Program-made: the position numbers and the translations under genes
The notes under the pieces: generated by a model
The model's input: the letters and a program-made list of their open reading frames with translations, nothing else
What the model was told of the DNA's origin: nothing
Database searches by the model: none
Shown here: piece after piece, positions 13,101 to 28,100 of the stretch
Layout: each line of letters opens with the position of its first letter
Position numbering within the stretch: the stretch's first letter is position 1
Assembly: GCA_951406725.2 (NCBI GenBank)
Contig: OX597827.1
Coordinates: 74,958,001 to 75,022,000, forward strand
Direction: 5' to 3'
Origin: Octopus vulgaris
Lineage: Eukaryota
Length of the DNA stretch: 64,000 nt

Positions 13101-14180
13101 ATTTGACAGCGAAATTAGGAGAGATATTTTATTTCTTCGGAAACTGACCTTCTCTGATGTCCAAATTTACTTTTCTTTACTATATATGAACTTCTCTATT
13201 TTACAAATTTTAATACTCTTGTAATAATACCCACACTGGGCGTTGCAATACCATGATGTACCTCGAGGTGTAATTAGATGTGCCACGACAATAATACAAT
13301 ATTTTAAAGCAGAAAAGACAAGATAATGTACTTAATATAAAGTACTTCCTTTATTTACTAGCATTACATGTAAAAACAAATTGATTGAAGAAGAAATAAG
13401 GTATGTATACATCTCATAAAGATGTGTTAAGTAGCTGTTTTTGTTTCGATTCTGTTTGAAAATTTAATTAAATATGACTAGATTTAATACATGCACATCT
13501 TCATCATTTTAAACTTTGTGTATCCTATCTCCCACTAAGAGCCGATTTTTTCAAGAAGGAAAAAAATATTGGATTAGTTCTATATTCTTGACGCCAAAAG
13601 GATGAAAGGAAAAATTGACATTAGTGGTATTTGAAATCACTGTACAAATATTCTTAAGAAATACTGCAAGGTACCCTATTCGATGTTTTAACACCTCTGC
13701 CTCTTCTGCGTCTATTGGCATTCATTATATTGGGAAAGTCATTTTTTATGTCAGGAATGTAGTGCAATGAAATTACCTGTGAAGTATATTACTGACACAG
13801 AAAAAAGATACTAAATTTAAAGAATTGTTACAGTGTATTGCAAAATCCTTGCAGTATTTAGCTTTGGCCATTTAAGTCTGAAGTTCAAATTCTGTTGACA
13901 TTAACTCCACTTTCCATCCTTCCAGAATTAATAATATTAAAAAAAATTTACCAATACCGGAATTGGTTTAATCGACTGATACTGATATCTCCCAAATTTT
14001 TCGAAGTATGAAACCTACGGCTGAAAATGAATCTTTAATGTCTTCATAGTCGTGTTTGCACTTTAAGATTGAGTGAGAATATAAATTCCAACAGCTATAG
14101 TATTCTTGTAAGAAAACACCCAGGAATTATTAACTTTGAAACATATTCTACAAAATGTTAACGTAGTAGTAGTAGTAGTA

Positions 14181-14215
<35 letters not shown>

Positions 14216-16251
14216 CCAGTAGCAGCAGCAGCAGGAGAAGGAATTCAAAAACTGGTGGAAGATACGGGGTAATTTATCCTCAGAGCAGAGACGATCCGGA
14301 ATGCGACAGAGTGGTTACTTCTAAAGGCAGCCAAGGAGTAGGTCATGATGTTAAAATGTGTAGTAGTAGTAGTAAGTATAATTTTTATGGCCGCCCTACT
14401 AAGGAGACACGGTACCTCGAAGCTCAGTATGTTGTAGTAGTGCTTGAATTTGAACAGTGCATAGCAGCCAATCCTGACAGCAAGGTTTTCTGGATATATG
14501 TGCATTCAAAGCAGAGACCTCACTCTCCAGTGGGCCCTCTTCGCAACCCTCACACAAATCAGATCACTGACGACCCCAAGGAACGCGCAGAACTCATTGC
14601 CGAGTGCTATTCAAACATATTCACTGTTGAAAGTCAAAATGTACCATCTTCACCATCACTAACAGCAAATTCCATAACAACTATGGAATTTACACCTGCA
14701 ATGCTGCGACGTCACCTTCAAAATAAGTGCAACTATGCCTCCCCTGGTCTTGATGGAGTTACATACCTGCTTCTCAAACGTGGCAGGTACTTCCTTTTAT
14801 ACCAGCTTTCTATTTTCTTCCAGTACTCTCTCAACAATGGTGCTACTCCGGAGCAGTGGAAAACTGCCAGTGTCATTCCTCTGTTCAAAAAGGGCGACCG
14901 CACATCACCTGTCAACTATCCCCCAGTCAGTCTCACTAGCTGTATTGCAAAACTGATGGAATCGTGTGTCAGAAGAAACACTCTGGAACTTCTGGAGCTC
15001 TCACAGTCTCATCCGACCCTCACAATATGGATTTGTCCCTGACTCCAGCTGCAGTGATCAGCTTGTCGAGTTCCTTGAGGACATTACTCAGATCACTGAC
15101 AGTGGCTCATGGGTGGATGTTGTCTACCTTGACTTTGCTAAGGCTTTCAACTCTGTGCCACACAAAAGGCTTATGGTGAAACTCTCTGCAATGGGTGTGA
15201 GGGATGACCTTTTTAACTGGTTGAAATCCTTCATTCTTAGCCGAAAGGAGGTAGTCACAGTTCTAGGACAGCATTCTACACCATATGAGATGTCATCGGG
15301 TGTACCACAGGGATCTGTCCTTGGTCCCCTCTTGTTTGTGGCATACATTAATGACATAGATGCCAATTTAAAGAATGCCACAATATTGAAATATGCAGAC
15401 GACATCAAGCTGTACCTTGAAATCAAGAGGACAGATCCTGATGTCTACAACTCTTTCCTGCAATCAGACCTAGACACAATGCAGCAATGGATCACAGACT
15501 GGCAACTGAAACTGGCTGTGGACAAGTGTACCACCATGCATTTTGGGAGAAAAACCCTGCGTCCACATACTCCCTCCACAACACTGATATCAAGAAATCC
15601 TCCTGCGAGCGTGACCTAGGCATCACTGTCAGCAGTGATTTGCGTTGGACAAAGCATATCTCTAAAATTGTCGAGAAGGCCGAGGGTGTCTTGGCATCAT
15701 TCAGCAAGACTTTTCTTAGCCACTCTCCAGCCATCTATTTAAAACTGTATACAGCTATGGTACGACCACACTTGGAATTCGCATCATCAGTTTGGAACCC
15801 CTATCTTGCTCAGAACATTGACCTCCTGGAATCTGTCCAGAGACGTGCAACCAAACGCATACCCTCCATCAGACACCTACCATATTCTGAGCGCCTTGTT
15901 TCCCTGGGCATGAATTCACTGAAGCTCCGGCGTCTGGCGACGGACTTGATAAGCACCCACAGAGTTATCAACCACCTCACCAACAACAACACTGAACGCC
16001 TTCTTGATCTCCATGTGTCTAACACATGTGGACATGCCTACAAAGTCAGAAAACAACACAGCTACCATGACTTTCGGGAACGTTTTCACGCTCAGAGTTG
16101 CTGAAGCATGGAATAAACTGCCTGCGTCAGTTGTTGACTGCCATGACACTACATCCTTTAAGGCCCTCATGCTTTCCGAAATCCGCCGAAACTACACCTG
16201 ATTGTATATACACTTTAGATGAGTTGTAGTGCACCTGAGCACTGTACACAA

Positions 16252-16298
<47 letters not shown>

Positions 16299-16299
16299 A

Positions 16300-16378
<79 letters not shown>

Positions 16379-19067
16379 TTTTTCGGAATTCTAAGGCACC
16401 GTTCTTTCGTTTCTTTTATCACCACCTTGTTTCTGACATTGCCTGGACTGCGCGAATAGTTTTTTTGCTTAGTAATGCATTCTGTTTTGCGGGAGATGCG
16501 CATCAATTTTTTTTTTCCCGCCAACTAATGGAGAAGACAAATATTTTCTTATTTTACATATATATTGAAACATAGCTGATAAAGAATTCATTATAATGTT
16601 CAACGACGGGATGCGTTCCTTGTCGGAGAAAAAAGAGAATACTGGCGTACCATTGACTACAGTATTTGACCACCGTGCCAGCGAAAAAGAAAACCGAGTT
16701 GAATATATTTTCGTCTCTAAACAATGCTGAAACAGTGAAGTAGCAATTAAAGAAAACATACGAAGACGACGGCGACGATGACGACAACAACAACGTCGAC
16801 AGCAATACCGATAATAACGAAGTGAAAGTTAAAGAAGGAAAGATAAACAAAGAAAATTTTAAAGGAAACGTGAACATCACTACCGCCATAGACGCCACAA
16901 CAGTCTCCGCTGCAGCCGCTAAAGCAGCAAGGGATCCTGGAATTGGGATTTTTTTTATTTTATTTATTTTTTTTTTGTAAATGCTACGAGAAATCTTGAA
17001 GATTTCCCCATCGACGAAGAAGAATTGAAATTGGCCCAAAAAATCGTTCAAAGAAATAGAAGAGAAGTTGCCCAAAACTCTCCACTCGACGTGATCGGAA
17101 ACATCTTAAGATACTCGGTTACATACTGCTGCATTGGAGTAAAATCGCTCCGAATGAAAAATGTTTCTGACAGCTAAATCCAGAAATGCTTTGAATGTGC
17201 ATGACAACAGAAGACCCACATCATCCGAGGAAAGAAATTTTGGACGATTGAAGCTATTGCAGCTAACACCTTGCTAAAGTTGTGGTGATGAACGTGAAAT
17301 ATCGCCAGAAATATCCATCGCCAGAGGGATATGTCGCCAGATGGTTAGTGACCGCTGTCTTGGCAAGTATAGAGGAAGACAACGTGACTATCTTGGTGGT
17401 AAAGAAAATACCTCAACAAAACTGGTCCTGTATAGGTATGAAACTAACATTACAATGTATGCAAACCTATATCGACGAGCTACCTAACCTAATAGGCCTC
17501 CCGGATGGTACTCACCTGTCAGTGTTAATGGAGGGTAGAAAACCAAGATGCTATATTTATGACTCATTGAAAGTTTTCGGCCCTCAAGCAAGGAAAACAA
17601 AACTCCCACTGCTACCAACACCACAAACACAAAATCATGGAGACGGGCTCAAGATTGCTTCGCCCACACCAATACAAAGAAGTCTACTCCCGGCTACCAC
17701 GGAAATCAAGCTTCACCTGGACGTCCTGCCTCCCAAACCAACATCAACAGCAATGATATGGAGAGAGAAGAGCAGACCGAATAATGTATCACTGTGACAA
17801 ACAGGAAGAGACGAAAGGAGGAAAGTACATACACCTGCTCAAGAACACAGCAAGACGAAAGTCAAACACCACTACTGCAACCCAATTCGCAACCACTCCA
17901 ACAAAAATAACAACGACAACTTTTACAAAAACAGGAGCATCTTCAACAATAACTTGAAAACATAGAAACAGCCAATAATGAAACTGCAAAAACAAGAAAA
18001 TACTTTCAATTTTAGGTGAAATGTATCCATCAATTTCACTTTGTGAACAAATGCAACAGTGAATTGATGGATTTTGTAAATGAAAATAAAATCAAAACTA
18101 CGACACAGGGAAAGGAATTTAAGGATTTCATCTTCAAACCGAAGGACAGATTATTAGTTAAAATGTCCTCAGACATTTAAAAACACTCAGCGAAAAATTC
18201 CTAATTAGTGTGGGATTTTTAAAAATCAATTGACAAAAGGCTTTTGGGAGGGCCTTTTAAAAACATTTGCCAATAGAGAGGCCCGAAACTCTCGGGATTC
18301 TCAAAAATCAAGGTGAGCGACCTCTTTTTCTTTCTGCAACTAGCACGACTATGATGAGAGTTGGGGCGTGAATGTGCGTGGCTTGGGATCAGCTTGGAAG
18401 CAAGGACACTTACTCAACGATCTCAGGTTTCTTGATTTAGATGTGGTTACCATTAGTGAAACAGTTGGGATGTACAGAGCGACTAATCTAAAAACACTAC
18501 CTTCGCTATTGCTTACATCTAGGGCCATCAACTTACCATCCGGGCCCAGGAGGATCTGCTGTACCTCGAAATGCAGGCCTTTGCTAAACAGCACTGCCGC
18601 TCCTTTTCCCATTCCAAGCCAAAAGATGCGTAAATCTTAAAATTGTTGAAAATAGGTGTTAGATCGCTGCGTCAGAAGTCCTGGTTTCGCTGACGGCCTT
18701 CACATCCGTAGTTAGTAACCTGAGGTCGTTGAGCAGATAACCTTGCTTCCAGGGCGACCACAAGTCATGAACATTTGTACAACTCACTCTTAAGCCCACC
18801 ATGATGATCGGAAAGAGCTTGAAGAAAAACTTAGGCCTACATACTCACCAAGTACCACTGAAGGTCAGGTGGTTCAAGTTCCATATCTTAGGGTTCCTTT
18901 GGGAACCCCGTTAAAGGCCTACTCATGGCTTTTACATTAGGAGTTACCAATCCGTAGATTTTACATTAGGAGTTCCCTAATGCTTTTAAATGTTTCCACA
19001 GTCATACGCACTATCATTAATGTTTCTGTCACTAGAACGGTGGTGGCGCCTATGAACTTACCCTCTC

Positions 19068-19135
<68 letters not shown>

Positions 19136-19136
19136 C

Positions 19137-19172
<36 letters not shown>

Positions 19173-19298
19173 AGAGTTTACGAAATAAACAAAATACGAA
19201 GACAGGTGGTGTACAAAACAAGCAGATGCATTAGCATAACGCTCAGGAATAGAAATAATCTACAGAAAAAACAAGGAGAGAAAAAGAATGTATATATG

Positions 19299-19340
<42 letters not shown>

Positions 19341-21892
19341 TGTATATATATATATATTTCTTTTCTTCATGCTGTGAGAGCCCTCCTCACTAGCACTAAG
19401 TTTTGTATTTGTGATTGGTTGTGTAAAGGGAACTGGTTGCTTCTTTACACTTTTGGGGTGCAACTTGGGTGCAACACAATTTCCTTTCTTTTGTTTCTAG
19501 AAACTATCAGTCAGGAACGAATCGCAAGTTTAAAAATAGATATAATTCTTTATTTTCTTGGTTCAACAATGAAACACGATGGTATGCTGGTATCCACCTA
19601 GTTCAACACAGCAAAGCCGAATTCAAACGTTTGTAAGCTTTACAACAATTCAGCAGCAATAGAACAGGTTAAATCCTAAGCGTCTGGGACAGGAGAATAG
19701 GCTGATCACAGGTTTCAAAATATACCTTTCTCTTCTATCGCCGTGTCTCAAGTCCCCGACGCTATTAAGGAACGCTATAGAATTTATTCTTCAGTCTCTA
19801 GCGCATGTGAATGAGGGAACTTCCTTATGCCTTTCCAGAAGGTTCCAGAAGGCTCCAACCACGCACACGCACACTGAAGAATGACGTTCCGCACACGCAC
19901 ACTGAAGAATGATGTTGCGTGTGCGCGCACTGGAATATGACGTCACTACAGTTGTTATTGCTTGGGGTGTTTTCTTTTGTGAATTGATGTAGTGGTGCTA
20001 GTATTGGTGGAGATGGTTGTAATAGCAGTGGATGTGTTGGTAATCGTAGTACAAGAGAGGTTGGCGTTGCTGTAGGTGTGTTTGTGGATGTTGTGAGCAT
20101 ATTTTCGAGGATTTTGCCATGCGTTGGTGAAGGGAATGATACTTTATGCTTTTTATGTTTCTTTTTCAGGTGGGGTTTCTCCCTCGTTTTCACTTTGTGT
20201 TGCAGAGGTATCAGTATCTGTAGAATCAGGGTGCAAGTCTGTATGTATTTGACCTTAAAGGAGATGGAGTGGGGACAGGAGAGGCCAGGCTTCGTTGAAA
20301 GGGACACCCTGAGTGTCGGGTGTACGTTATAATTATTCTTTCTGCTGAGGGTGGTGGTGGTGGTGCATCTGTTACTCACGTTATTGGTATTGTTGATGTT
20401 GTTGTTTTCCTTGGTTTCTTCCAGCATTTGCTGATTTTGTTGTTCTTGTTGATGATGCTGTTGTTTCCAGAGTTGTTGCAGCCTTTATTGTTGTTCACTG
20501 ATAGCTGACTTGTGGCTTGTGGGGACCTGGTATTGACAATAAGTAGGCCCTATTGTTCCCTATCTTCTGTTTAGAAGAGAAAGCTTTCAAGTGGCCAACC
20601 TCCACGTAGATGGTGCCATGGCCTTCTAACATCAACTGTAAGATGCAGCACTTCTTATTCCAAGAATACCAAAGAGATCTGGGATCTTGTGGATTGTGTC
20701 TGGTTTAATGTAGAGTTGTACCTTCACACTGATCCCAGACCAATTTCCACGACGGGTTCGCTTCACCTCCAGCCGGCTGTTATTCCCTCCCACTACGATG
20801 CACGCTAAAATCCACCATAAATTTAACTCAGGTGGAATTCTTGCGATCTTCACTCTCACAGTCCTCCTTCCTAATACGATGGATAGAGAAGATGTCTTTC
20901 GCTCCAACAAGGAGCCACAGAGTATTTGACAGCCAGAACTTCAATCTTGAAGAGCAATCAAATACCCACAAATTACTTGGCTCTCGAGATGTGCTGAATG
21001 TCGGATATTATTTCTTTCTCCAATGTACGGACACTGAATTATTGCATGCAAGACGGTTTCGTCGCCCTGCATGCATCTCAAGCAGGCTCGGCTGTTGGAT
21101 CTTCCATGCCTGAAGAGTTATTCTCTAACAGGCAATGTCTCACTGTAGTACTGCTATACCAAAGACTTTTAGAAATTGTCCATGATCTTCGACCCGAAGA
21201 TCTTCTGTCAAGGCCTAGATTCAATCCTAAACCATCATCGCTCACACCCTCAACTAGCCCAACGCCCGAGAAATCTTGATGTGTTTTCCCGTTAACAGTT
21301 TTGTGCAGCTAATGCAATTCAATGAGTTCCTGGCAATATTCTAGATGCCAAATACTCAACTTTGGTCTTTGTTTGATCCACAACTAGAGTTCTGTCAACA
21401 AGAAATGCTGCAGAAAAGCTCGTTCTTATTTTCTCTGCTGTTGTTCACATCATCACTGTGATTTACATATCTCTATAGGTGATACAGCTTTAAGACTTGG
21501 CACCTCATCCTCAAAGATGTCATCCCAAGACCACCACAGTGGGAATGCCGGCATCAATTGGTTTTTCTGACCATAACAATCAAAAAAGTAAGCGCTCCAA
21601 TCTGGTCTAGGTTGTCTTAGGACAGGTACGACAGTTAGGTGATAGTACACCACCGAGGCGATATATGCATTTGCTATAATGATAATGATTATTTCAAATT
21701 TAGGCACAAGGCCAGCAAGATCGGGGAAGGGAGTAAATATCAACCCCAGTGTTCAACTGATACTTAATTTATTGACCACGAAATGATGAAATGGCAAATC
21801 GACTTCGACGGAATTTGAACTCAGAACATAAGGTCAAACGAAAATGCTGCTTAGTATTTTACTCGGCATACGAATGATTCTACCAGCTCACC

Positions 21893-21937
<45 letters not shown>

Positions 21938-21942
21938 TTAAT

Positions 21943-21980
<38 letters not shown>

Positions 21981-22005
21981 TAATAATAATAATAATAATA
22001 ATAAT

Positions 22006-22039
<34 letters not shown>

Positions 22040-22044
22040 TTAAT

Positions 22045-22133
<89 letters not shown>

Positions 22134-25100
22134 TAATGATAATAATGATAATAATGATAATAATGATGATGATGATGATGATGATGATCATGACGACGAC
22201 GACGATGATTTTGCAACAAGGGCAGCAAGTTTGGGGTAGGTGATGAGTTGATTTCATCGACCTCAGTACTCAACGACTACTTACTTTATCGACCCTGAAA
22301 GGATAAAAGGCAAAGTCGACTTGGGAGTAATTTGAACGTAAAGAAGAAGAAGGAGGAGGAGAGGAGGAGAAGTAGAAGAAGAACCAGAACAACAACAACA
22401 ACAACAACATGATCATCTTTATCATCATTAAGATATTCATGTACTGAGTGCATTAGATACGGAGAGGTAACTTTACCTGTGTGGGTGTTACTTCCACAAA
22501 TTCTAGGATGTTAAACATGTCTGTTGTTCACATTTACTTCCTCAGTTTTCCTTAATCTCTTATTATAAAAGGCAGATTTTATCTGCCTCCCTTTGTCTCT
22601 TATAGAAATCTACAATATAGGATTTCTTCAATTACAATTTACCTAGCATCTTTAAGAGTAAAATGCATCGGGTCGTGCCAGGTCCAGTTTTTAAAATTTC
22701 AACCCCAATTAAGCAAAATTTAGAGAAAACTCACATTGTGGTGTGTATGTCGAATGTTTTTCTTAGTGTGGCTTACACCACACGCAAACGCACACACACA
22801 CAAACGGAGCGAACTGTTTCACTGACGCTATCACCCTTCTCCTCCTTTGTCTTTGCAAGTTGGCAGCTATTAAAGTGAAAACAGTGAATCCGACAGCGAT
22901 TAAGAAAATGAATTAGTACCTGAATGGAGTGAAAATTTAAAAACTGTTTCTTTCGGTGATTTTTCTGAAGAAACTGCACCAAGCCACAGACTTTCCCAGA
23001 AGAGTAAAGCCTTAAACTATTTCTATTTACTTTTTCGAATGAGCCCATTTGAAATCATTACGGTGGAAACGAAACGTTACGCTAAACGTAAACAAAACGA
23101 AAGAAAGGATAGTTTGTTATTTCCCACAACCTTAAATGAAATTACGGCCTATTTTGCCATAAATATTATTATGGGTATCAGAAAGTTACCCAGAATAACA
23201 AATTCTATCGTAAAATTTTGTTGTATACCCAATTGAATATTAGCTAATAACCCATTTTCTATAGCGATGTTTGAACAAAATTTTAATAATTTTATATATT
23301 GTTGAATTTACCTGTATCTACCTGCAATTAGAGTCACTTTGTGACAAAAATTATAGTATAGAATTAGTCGAGAACATTTCACTAAATTATCTTCCAAAAA
23401 TCAGATTAATATATTCATAAATAAAAAAGTTATAGTTGTTTAATGAAACCAGACTAAATTTATGATTACGTTAGAAATTAATTGAAACACATAAGGGGTG
23501 TAATTTGGTCAGAAATATAGTAACGAAAGGGTTAAGAAAAACCAAAAAATATTTTATTCTTTATAAATGTTGTATTCAAAATAACATTTTCTTTTAAGAA
23601 TGTGTATATAACAAAGTATGTGTATATAACTACGTGACTTATATCTTTATATATAAAAGTGAAGTTGTGTGTCTGTCTCCTACAATTTAGATTCGTAACT
23701 ACTCCCACATTTTGCGGTGCAGTGTAACCAAAAGCGGGTATCTTATAGTCATGAGTCATATCAAGCCCTTCTGGGTATTAGCGATGAGTCTACGATTTTA
23801 AAAAAATTTACCATCATATTTTTCCATTTTAATGCATTTTTTTCGCTATTATATAAGGGAAGTAACTCTCTAAAAATATCTACGATGTGTCAACGATTTA
23901 AAAAGGAATTTACCTTAATTTTTTTTCCATTTTTAATGCATTTTTTTCCTATTTTTTGGCTATAACTCTCTAAAATGCATATATAGTTATTTCCTTACAA
24001 ACCCGAGCAACGCCGGGCGATACTGCTAGTCTCTTATTATAAAAGGCAGATTTTATCTGCCTCCCTTTGTCTCTTATAGAAATCTACAATATAGGATTTC
24101 TTCAATTACAATTTACCTAGCATTTTTAAGAGTAAAATGCATCGGGTCGTGCCAGGTCCAGTTTTTAAAATTTCAACCCCAATTAAGCAAAATTTAGAGA
24201 AAACTCACATTGTGGTGTGTATGTCAAATGCTTTTCTTAGTGTGGGCTACAGCACACGCACACGCACACACACACAAACGGAGCGAACTGTTTCACTGAC
24301 TCTATCACCCTAATTACTCCTTTCTCTTTGCAAGTGTGCAACGATTAAAGTGAAAACAGTGAATCCGACAGCGATAAAGAAAATGAATTGGCACCTGAAT
24401 GGAATGAAAATTTAAAAACTGTTTCTTTCGGTGATTTTTCTGAAGAAACTGGACCAAGCCACAGACTTTCCCTGAAGAGTAAAGCCTTAGACTATTTTCT
24501 TTTACTTTTTCGAATGAGCCTATTTGAAATCATTACGGCGGAAACGAACTGTTACGCTAAACGTAAACAAAGCGAAAGAAAGGATAGTTTGTTATTTCCC
24601 ACAACCTTAAATGAAATTAAGGCCTATTTTGCCATAAATATTATTATGGGTATCAGAAAGTTACCCAGAATAACAAATTCTATTGTAAAATTTTGTTGTA
24701 TACCCAATTGAATATTAGCTAATAACCCATTTTCTATAACGATGTTTGAACAAAATTTTAATAATTTTATATATTGTTGAATTTACCTGTATCTACCTTT
24801 GTGACAAAAATTATAGGATAGAATTGGTTGAGAACATTTCATTAAATTATCTTCCAAAATTCATGTTAATATATTGATAAATAAAAAGTTATTGTTGTTT
24901 AATGAAACCAGACTAAATTTATGATTACGTTAGAAAATAATTGAAACACATAAGGGGTGTATTTTGGTCAGAAATATAGTAACGAAAGGGTTAAGAAAAA
25001 CCAAAAAATATTTTATTCTTTATAAATGTTGTGTTCAAAATAACATTTTCTTTTAAGAATGTGTATATAACAAAGTATGTGTATATAACTACGTGGCTTA

Positions 25101-28100
25101 TATCTTTATATATAAAACTGAAGTTGTGTGTCTGTCTCTTACAATTTAGATTCGTAACTACTCCCACATTTTGCGGTGCAGTTTCACCAAAAGCGGGTAT
25201 CTTAAAGTCGTGAGTCATATCGAGCCCTTCTGGGTATTAGCACACGTCTACGATGAGTCTACGATTTAAAAAAATTTACCATCATATTTTTCCATTTTAA
25301 TGCATTTTTTTCACTATTATATAAGGGAAGTAACTCTCTAAAAATATCTACGATGTGTCAACGATTTAAAAAGGAATTTACCTTAATTTTATTTTCCATT
25401 TTTAATGCATTTTTTTGCTATTTTTCGGCTATAACTCTCTAAAAATGCTTATATAGTTATTTCCCTTACAAACCCGAGCAACGCCGGGCGATACTGCTAG
25501 TAAGCTCTATATATATAAACGGCAAAATGTCTGCATGCGTGTCCTTTATACAAATCCACAATTTTTCAGTTAGAGGGCTCGCACTTTCTATGGTCATTCA
25601 AAACCGTCCAAGGGTAGTCGAGCACATCTTTACATTTCCCCAGTCACCCAAAAAGCCATTAAAAATCAATGGAAGTGACTTTTTTGTGAATTTTCTTTCC
25701 AAAACCCAATCAAAATGCCTGAAACTTGATACGCCAATTGAATGCCAGCTACTTCAACATAACTCAATACTTAGCAAAATAAGTATTTATATACTTGCTC
25801 TTGTAGAGAGTATGACAACTTGAATTAATCAATACATGTATATACAATACATGTATATATACAATACCTATATACAATACATGTATATAGGTGAGATAGA
25901 CATTGTTAAAGTAAGATTATAACAATCAAAATTTTAAGTAAGACATTTCAATATCAAATAGAAAAAAATTTTTAATGAGTTTATGCACTTGTATCCCACT
26001 TAATTAAAGTTAAGAACAATCATGTGTGTGAGTTGTGGGGAAATAGTTTGATTATTAGTATAGACATATACTTACGTTCCTGACAGTCGGAACCCGTGTA
26101 TCCAGTTGCACAGCCTCTAGGACATGCACCATGAATCGGGTTGCAGTTGTCATCATCAATACAATTACATGTTTTGTTGCAATGTAGTCCATAAGTGCCT
26201 TCTTCGCAGACTGTAAAACAAACGTATTATACCTTATATTGCATAAAACGGTAAAGAACTCCTTTCATAAATGAAAAGATGGCAAAAAATCAATGAATGA
26301 CTGATGACCAAGACAACCATAATAGGAAATGATTTAACCAACTACGGCGCCTCAATATTTTCGATTGATCTGCTAGTAACAGCGACCAAATCTTCCTCAA
26401 ACAATACCCTGTTAGACTACAAACAAGAAACATTAAACAATGGAGACCTAAATATCTCTTAAGATGGCCACGGGTGGAATATCTATAACCGTAGATCTTT
26501 CTAATCAGTCAGGATTCATCAGAATATAAACAACAGCAGTAGTAGTGGTTGAATAACATGGGACTGCCTTCTCGATCTGAGTTTACCCAAATGCAAATAA
26601 CATCATCAGCAACAACAAAAGCAATGATATACAAATAAATAAGAAAGCCAAATCTCTCAGCAATCGCTCAACTTGCTAGTACATCGTATCAACGAGGGAA
26701 CTGACTTGGGCTTCATCTTTACCATAAAGTTTGAGGTCATCCATGAATAACAAGTGGTTGACTATTTGTTGCTGGCTTTTGAATACATACCCAGCTTTTG
26801 CTTTCCTGAGAATCAGCGTTAGTGGTATCAAGCACAGTACAAAGATCAATGGAGACAGGCAGTCCTCTTGGAAGATGCTTTTCTGATTTCTACTTTCCCT
26901 AAACTTCTTTCGTATGCTGCCAGGTCCGTCCTCCAATTCACCATACTTTTTCCAAGCAATCGCTCAACATTCGATGCAATACCAAATAGGTTCATACATT
27001 CCATAATCCAAGAATGTAGGATCATATCGTACGCCTTACGATAGTCGATCCATGACATGGCTAAGTTACTTTTCCTCTTACAGTCTCTAAAAACAGTTTT
27101 GTCTATCAGGAGTTGATCCTTGTAACCTCTGCACTTATGCTTGCAACCCTTCTGCTCATGTGGCAGAACTCCAAATTTTTTTCCAGATGTTCGTACATTG
27201 ACTCTGCGAGTATTCCAGTTAATAGTTTCCACGTAAGTGGCAAACAGGATATCGGCCAGTAGCTGTGTACCGTATTGTCTTTTTCGTTGTTTTTCTAGCA
27301 CAGCACTATCCTCCCCAATGTCAACCACTCTGGTGTTACTTGGTCGGCATTTAACAAGGTGTTGATTTGTGCAGCTATTCGTGCATAACATTCACCAAAT
27401 CATTTGATCCAGTAGCCTTGAACTCCATCTGATCCCGGGGCCTTCCAGTTGCTCTTTGTTTTTTTTTTTTGCTTATTTCCTTCAATTTCCGTACTGAAAT
27501 GACTAGTCCTGTCTGTTTTGGACAGACTACTGTTTGTTTCAGTTCTTGCAACCATAACCATTCAGCATCCTTTTCGTGCTCCTTATCTTTGCTCCAGATG
27601 TCACTCGAACATCTTTGACTTTCATTGTTATCTGGTATCAACTTTTCATCTGTACATTCTCCATTTATTCCTTTATAGAATCTCTTCTGATCTACTCTGA
27701 ATAACCCATGCTGGTGGTAACCCTTCATTCTTTGGTCATATCTTACCATCTTTGCTTTCTTTGCAACGAAGTGCTGTTTCAGTTCTTCTATTACCACTTT
27801 TAGGCCCTTTCTTTCAGTATCATACTTCCTGTTCGGTGTCATGTATTTTTATTTGTTTTTAAGTAACCTCTTCTCTTTTTGGTTTCACCAGTAATGTCTT
27901 TCGGGAGCATATTTAACCCCACCTGTATTCTTCTTTTCTACCATGGATTTTTTTCTTTTGTCACTCCCATTATATATCTTTTTCTTGACATCATCATCTA
28001 CATTTTCTGCTACAGCAATACTTGCTGCCTTGATCAAATTTTTTGTTTCTGTAATGTTTTTTTGTTCTCGTGTATTTCAGAATTTCATGTCTCTCATCGA

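Larger units (their letters stand above)
1..20512. repeat. Large tandem duplication unit, copy 1 (~20.5 kb; phase set by the window start)
   Basis: The sequence at position 1 recurs at 20513 and 39244, and the same ORF fragments recur in the same order. Confidence 0.95.

Noticed and set aside
19861-19931. CRISPR-like direct repeats
   Set aside because: Two to three adjacent repeats without spacers inside an LTR in eukaryotic DNA; no cas genes
21844-22273. Poly-N, poly-I, poly-Y and poly-H ORFs (also near 1353, 16229, 40491-40831)
   Set aside because: Translations of trinucleotide microsatellites whose length varies between units
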